Below, piece by piece: positions 60,001 through 64,000 of a DNA stretch of 64,000 bases. The first letter of the stretch is position 1; each line of letters opens with the position of its first letter. Origin of the DNA: an uncultured Candidatus Saccharibacteria bacterium (GTDB lineage: Bacteria > Patescibacteriota > WWE3 > 2-01-FULL-39-13); assembly GCA_964370865.1 (NCBI GenBank), contig CAYJKF010000003.1, positions 86,359-150,358 of the forward strand, written 5' to 3'. The translations under genes were made by a program, and so were the position numbers. Below the pieces are notes generated by a model. It was not told the DNA's origin. It saw only the letters and a list, made by a program, of their open reading frames with translations, and made no database searches.

Positions 60001-61409
60001 TGCTCGACTTTGCGATTATACTTTTATTACGAATTGCATTAGCGGTTTATTCCGTCTATCCGTTAGAAACTATTGAAATTGGTAATATCGGACATCCAAG
60101 ATCATTTATTCCTTCTGAAACAAGCAATGACAGCGAAAAAATCGTTTCTGATTTAGTATTTCGCAAAATGTTTAAATATGAAAACGGGGAGTTAATTAAC
60201 GACCTTGTTGAATCTTGGCACACAAACGATGAGAAAACCGAATATAAAATTAAGTTAAAAGAAAATCAAAGATGGCAGGATGGAAATATCATAAATGCGA
60301 ACGATATTATTTATACAATAACCAGATATGAAACTCTTCGAAACGACCTGGACATTGAAAGGTTAAGTGAAAGGGAAGTCCTTATAAAAGTAGGAACACC
60401 AAACGCAATTCTTCCTACTATATTAACTTTTGGCATAGAACCTTCACATCTTAAGAACCAGTCAAAAGTCTACGCAATAGGCTCAACAAGTTTTCGCGTG
60501 GCAAGAGTGACCAAAGAACAAAGTAAGATTGAGTCAGTTGTCTTAATTTCGCTAAAATCTGATAAACAATATAACAAAGTAATTGTAAGATTCTATGATG
60601 ATGAAAATACATTAACTACAGCATATAAACTCGGGGAATTAGATATCTTTCTATCAAGCCAAGATGTTATATGGGATGGATTAGAAAGGGTTGGAACCAC
60701 TTTCGCAGGTCGACAATATGCAATTTTAATTAACACAAATAATACAAAACTAGAAAATGCCGAAGTTAGAAAAACATTATTAAATGCTCTTGATATCGAG
60801 GATTTATTAAAAGGTAATTACTATATAAATGCAAAACCAGCACAGGGTCCAATTAGTTATTCTAAATACACTAGGGAAGAATATAAAAAATCATTTCACT
60901 TACCTGATGCAAAGCTTACTCCAGCACAACAAGCAGGAATTCAACAAATAAAAGTTCTACTACCTAATAATCAAGATGGTAGGCGAATTGAATCATTTCT
61001 AAATAAATATTGGCAGGAAAATCTAGGTATTGAAGTAGCGTTTGAGTACATGTCTATGGAAGAAATCTTTGATAAAACCGATGGAGGAAATTTCGATGTA
61101 ATTTTTATAGGATATGAAACCTCACCAGATCCTGATCGATATATCTACTGGCATTCCACTCAAGCAAACATCCTCAATTTAAGCAATTTTGTTGACTTAA
61201 GAGCAGATCGATCACTCGAAGAAGGTCGTAAATTCTACAACTTTGAGGAAAGAAAAGAGCATTACGATATATTTCAAGATGTATTTATAAGTAAAACTCC
61301 AGCAATTTACTTGTATCACCCTGGTACGTATATCTATAAACAAAAGAAAAAAGAATTTCCAATACCAAAAATAATGTACTATCCTTCTGATATCGTAAAG
61401 AATTTATAA
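60000..61409 (+). CDS. ABC transporter substrate-binding protein, family 5 (peptide/nickel-type), membrane-anchored
   Basis: SBP_bac_5-like ...GYETSPDPDRYIYWHS... Confidence 0.6.
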   Translation: MLDFAIILLLRIALAVYSVYPLETIEIGNIGHPRSFIPSETSNDSEKIVSDLVFRKMFKYENGELINDLVESWHTNDEKTEYKIKLKENQRWQDGNIINANDIIYTITRYETLRNDLDIERLSEREVLIKVGTPNAILPTILTFGIEPSHLKNQSKVYAIGSTSFRVARVTKEQSKIESVVLISLKSDKQYNKVIVRFYDDENTLTTAYKLGELDIFLSSQDVIWDGLERVGTTFAGRQYAILINTNNTKLENAEVRKTLLNALDIEDLLKGNYYINAKPAQGPISYSKYTREEYKKSFHLPDAKLTPAQQAGIQQIKVLLPNNQDGRRIESFLNKYWQENLGIEVAFEYMSMEEIFDKTDGGNFDVIFIGYETSPDPDRYIYWHSTQANILNLSNFVDLRADRSLEEGRKFYNFEERKEHYDIFQDVFISKTPAIYLYHPGTYIYKQKKKEFPIPKIMYYPSDIVKNL

Positions 61410-61415
61410 AAATAT

Positions 61416-63884
61416 ATGACTCCAATGATGCAACAATATACTGAGGTAAAGAAAGAATATCCAGATTATCTCTTGTTTTATCGTATGGGTGATTTTTATG
61501 AACTTTTTTTGGAAGATGCAATTACAGGGTCAAAAGTACTAGATATTACCTTAACTTCTAGAAACAAGGGTGGATCTGATGATATACCCATGTGTGGCGT
61601 ACCATTTCACGCACTAGATAATTATCTTGCACGAGTAGTAAATGCAGGTCTCAAAGCGGCAATTTGCGAACAAATAACCAAGCCCTCAAAAGGAGTTACG
61701 CTTGTTGAGCGTAAAGTAATTCGATTGGTAACACCTGGAACAGTTATTGATGAAAGTTTATTAGATAAACAACTAAACAACTATCTCGCCACTTTCCAAA
61801 TGAATGAAAAAGATGAATACACTTTATCGTATGGAGACTTAAGCACTTTAAATTTTTCAATAATCCAAAATAATGGCAAACAAAACTTGATAAATGATCT
61901 TCGAAAAATTAGCCCAAAAGAAATTGTCCTGTCGGATTCACAATATAATTCGAATGAACTAGGGTATTTATCTGATATTGATGGAATCAACATATCACGA
62001 TTCTCAGACACAATATCAAAGACCCAATATCAACTAGCATCACTAATCCAATCACTTAATGTAAAAACATTAGACTCATTTGGGATAAACGAATCGGATT
62101 CGTTAACCATCGAATCTTTGCACAGATTAATCGAATACATCAAATTCACACAAAAAACCACAAAAATATCATATGGAAATATTCGAAAAATAAATACAAC
62201 CTCCTACATGCGACTAGACATAGAGACACTGACTAATCTAGAAATATTTCGCTCAAATAAGTTACAACCAAATAATAAAGAATTGAACCTAATGACTGTT
62301 TTAGACAAAACAAAGACCGCGATGGGAGCGCGAAAACTAAGATATTGGGTGATGAACCCACTTATAGATATTTCACAAATAAAGATAAGACAAAATGGCG
62401 TATCCGAATTCATAAATAATCACCTGTTAAGAGAAGATTCTCAACAATTACTTAATTCCATACAAGATATAGAAAGAATATTTTCAAGAATCACATCGGG
62501 TCTTGGAAACGCTAGAGATTTAAAATCACTTGAGTCATCCTTAGAAAATACCGCTAACTTATTAGAAAAATTGAGCTCGAGTACAGATGAGATTAAAGAA
62601 CTCCTAAAAAATAAATTAAACGACACTCTAGATTTAAGTAAATTAATAAACACAACACGAGAAATCGTTACAAATATCAATAGCAAAATAGTTGAGAATC
62701 CACCATTTTCAACACGTGAAGGTGGAATGATTAAACCGAATATTATTGATGAACTAGATGAAATTATGAATTCCATATCAGAAAGTAAAATTTGGATTGA
62801 ACAACTCGAAGTAACTGAAAGAAGTACGACCAAAATCCCAAATCTAAAGGTCGGTTTTAATAGCGTTTTTGGATATTACATTGAAATAACAAAATCATAT
62901 ATTCATTTAGCTCCTGCACACTACCATCGAAAACAAACTTTAGTAAATGCTGAAAGATATATTACCGATGAACTAAAAGTAAAAGAGTCGATAGTTCTTA
63001 CTGCTCAAGAAAAAATAAATGAAATAGAATTTGAAGCCTTTACAAAACTTTGCCAAGAGTTAAAACTTGAAGCAGAAAGTATTCATAAATTATCAGAAAT
63101 AATTTCAGAAACTGACTGCATAATTTCTTTTGCAGATTTAGCAATTAAAAATAACTATTCAAGGCCAACGTTATTTGAGAAAAAACACTTCACAAATAAA
63201 ATCGATGACGGAAGACATCCCGTAGTTGAGCTTTCTTTGCCAAATGGAGAATTCATTCCAAATGATACCAATTTAGATACAAAAGATTTCTTCCACTTAA
63301 TTACCGGCCCTAATATGGCGGGAAAATCCACTTATATAAGGCAAATCGCGCTAATACAAATTTTGACTCAAATTGGGTCTTACGTTCCTGCAAAAAAAGC
63401 AGATATAAGTATTGTAGATGGAATATACACAAGAATCGGCGCAGGTGATGCACTAGCGCAAGGCTTAAGTACATTTATGGTGGAAATGATTGAGACGGCG
63501 AAAATACTTAATAATGCTACTAGTGAATCACTGATTATATTAGATGAAGTCGGAAGGGGAACTAGTACAGTTGACGGATTATCCATTGCACAGGCAATTA
63601 TTGAACATATTACAGATAAAATAAAATCAAAAACATTATTTGCAACTCATTTCCACGAGCTGGTGGATCTTGAACAAAGAATCAAACCCTTAAAGAATTA
63701 TCATTTTGGAATTAGCGATAATAAAGAAAGCATTAAATTTATACATAAAATTATGCCTGGTGGAACAGATAAAAGTTATGGAATTGAAGTCGCCAAACTC
63801 GCAGGAATACCAACGGAGGTCGTAGAGCGAGCAAAATCACTACTAAACAAAAACACTTCCAACCAAATGAAGTTTAGTATTTAA
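61416..63884 (+). CDS. mutS: DNA mismatch repair protein MutS (MutS1-type)
   Basis: N-terminal mismatch-binding MTPMMQQY...YRMGDFYELF. Walker A GPNMAGKSTYIRQ. DE box ILDEVGRGTS. Confidence 0.9.
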   Translation: MTPMMQQYTEVKKEYPDYLLFYRMGDFYELFLEDAITGSKVLDITLTSRNKGGSDDIPMCGVPFHALDNYLARVVNAGLKAAICEQITKPSKGVTLVERKVIRLVTPGTVIDESLLDKQLNNYLATFQMNEKDEYTLSYGDLSTLNFSIIQNNGKQNLINDLRKISPKEIVLSDSQYNSNELGYLSDIDGINISRFSDTISKTQYQLASLIQSLNVKTLDSFGINESDSLTIESLHRLIEYIKFTQKTTKISYGNIRKINTTSYMRLDIETLTNLEIFRSNKLQPNNKELNLMTVLDKTKTAMGARKLRYWVMNPLIDISQIKIRQNGVSEFINNHLLREDSQQLLNSIQDIERIFSRITSGLGNARDLKSLESSLENTANLLEKLSSSTDEIKELLKNKLNDTLDLSKLINTTREIVTNINSKIVENPPFSTREGGMIKPNIIDELDEIMNSISESKIWIEQLEVTERSTTKIPNLKVGFNSVFGYYIEITKSYIHLAPAHYHRKQTLVNAERYITDELKVKESIVLTAQEKINEIEFEAFTKLCQELKLEAESIHKLSEIISETDCIISFADLAIKNNYSRPTLFEKKHFTNKIDDGRHPVVELSLPNGEFIPNDTNLDTKDFFHLITGPNMAGKSTYIRQIALIQILTQIGSYVPAKKADISIVDGIYTRIGAGDALAQGLSTFMVEMIETAKILNNATSESLIILDEVGRGTSTVDGLSIAQAIIEHITDKIKSKTLFATHFHELVDLEQRIKPLKNYHFGISDNKESIKFIHKIMPGGTDKSYGIEVAKLAGIPTEVVERAKSLLNKNTSNQMKFSI

Positions 63885-63885
63885 A

Positions 63886-64000
63886 TTTAGTTAAGTTCAA
63901 AGGCAACTGTAACAGTCTTAACAACATTGGTGGTTCCTGGTAACATCTCACCACCTCCGCCACCCATTCCTCTGTCCATCATTAGTGGACTATTTGCATA
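63886..64000 (-). CDS. C-terminal end of an unidentified protein (gene continues beyond the window)
   Basis: Open frame ...MGGGGGEMLPGTTNVVKTVTVAFELN-stop on the minus strand. Confidence 0.3.

Noticed and set aside
1-64000. CRISPR arrays, rRNA genes, transposases, integrases, prophage structural genes
   Set aside because: I scanned for regularly spaced direct repeats and for hallmark protein motifs. None was found, and the GC islands lack any recombinase.

Overview
This is a low-GC (about one-third G+C by eye), gene-dense bacterial fragment with 57 protein-coding genes and 3 tRNAs. I found no rRNA, CRISPR array, transposase or integrase. The housekeeping content (PheS/PheT, PBP1A, LCP, NDH-2, PEP synthase plus enolase, UvrA/B/C, LexA, MutS, SecG, TruB, RsmI) is typical of a small-genome bacterium, possibly from the CPR/Patescibacteria. 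Most native genes lack Shine-Dalgarno sequences and sit 5-13 nt downstream of TATAAT-like -10 boxes, consistent with leaderless or near-leaderless mRNAs. An unusually large share of the window encodes secreted or membrane-anchored modular proteins joined by Pro-Thr linkers. The most notable is a roughly 1500-aa surface protein (7540-12030) combining a GH5/GH140-like clan GH-A domain, a canonical type-I dockerin-like Ca-binding duplicate, a PQQ-type beta-propeller and an OB-fold. Its gene overlaps a downstream gene for a membrane-anchored cohesin-like plus CBM4/9-like protein, suggesting a cellulosome-like cohesin/dockerin surface system. The CBM module of that second protein recurs almost nucleotide-identically, in inverted orientation, inside a third large secreted protein 7.7 kb away (12678-13105 versus 20768-21200). 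Two compact GC-rich islands (15040-16300, next to tRNA-Glu, and 55300-57570, between uvrA and uvrC) carry hypothetical secreted proteins. Unlike the host genes, these have canonical AGGAGG-type Shine-Dalgarno sites and their own terminators, which points to horizontal acquisition. Other notable items are a minimal bacterial SET-domain methyltransferase, a lexA gene with a TTGACA-N18-TATAGT promoter and candidate operator sharing an ACCCGAA motif with the uvrA upstream region, an RRM glycine-rich RNA-binding protein, a two-component system with an embedded antisense gene, and a roughly 400-bp intergenic region with a GC-rich core (candidate ncRNA).
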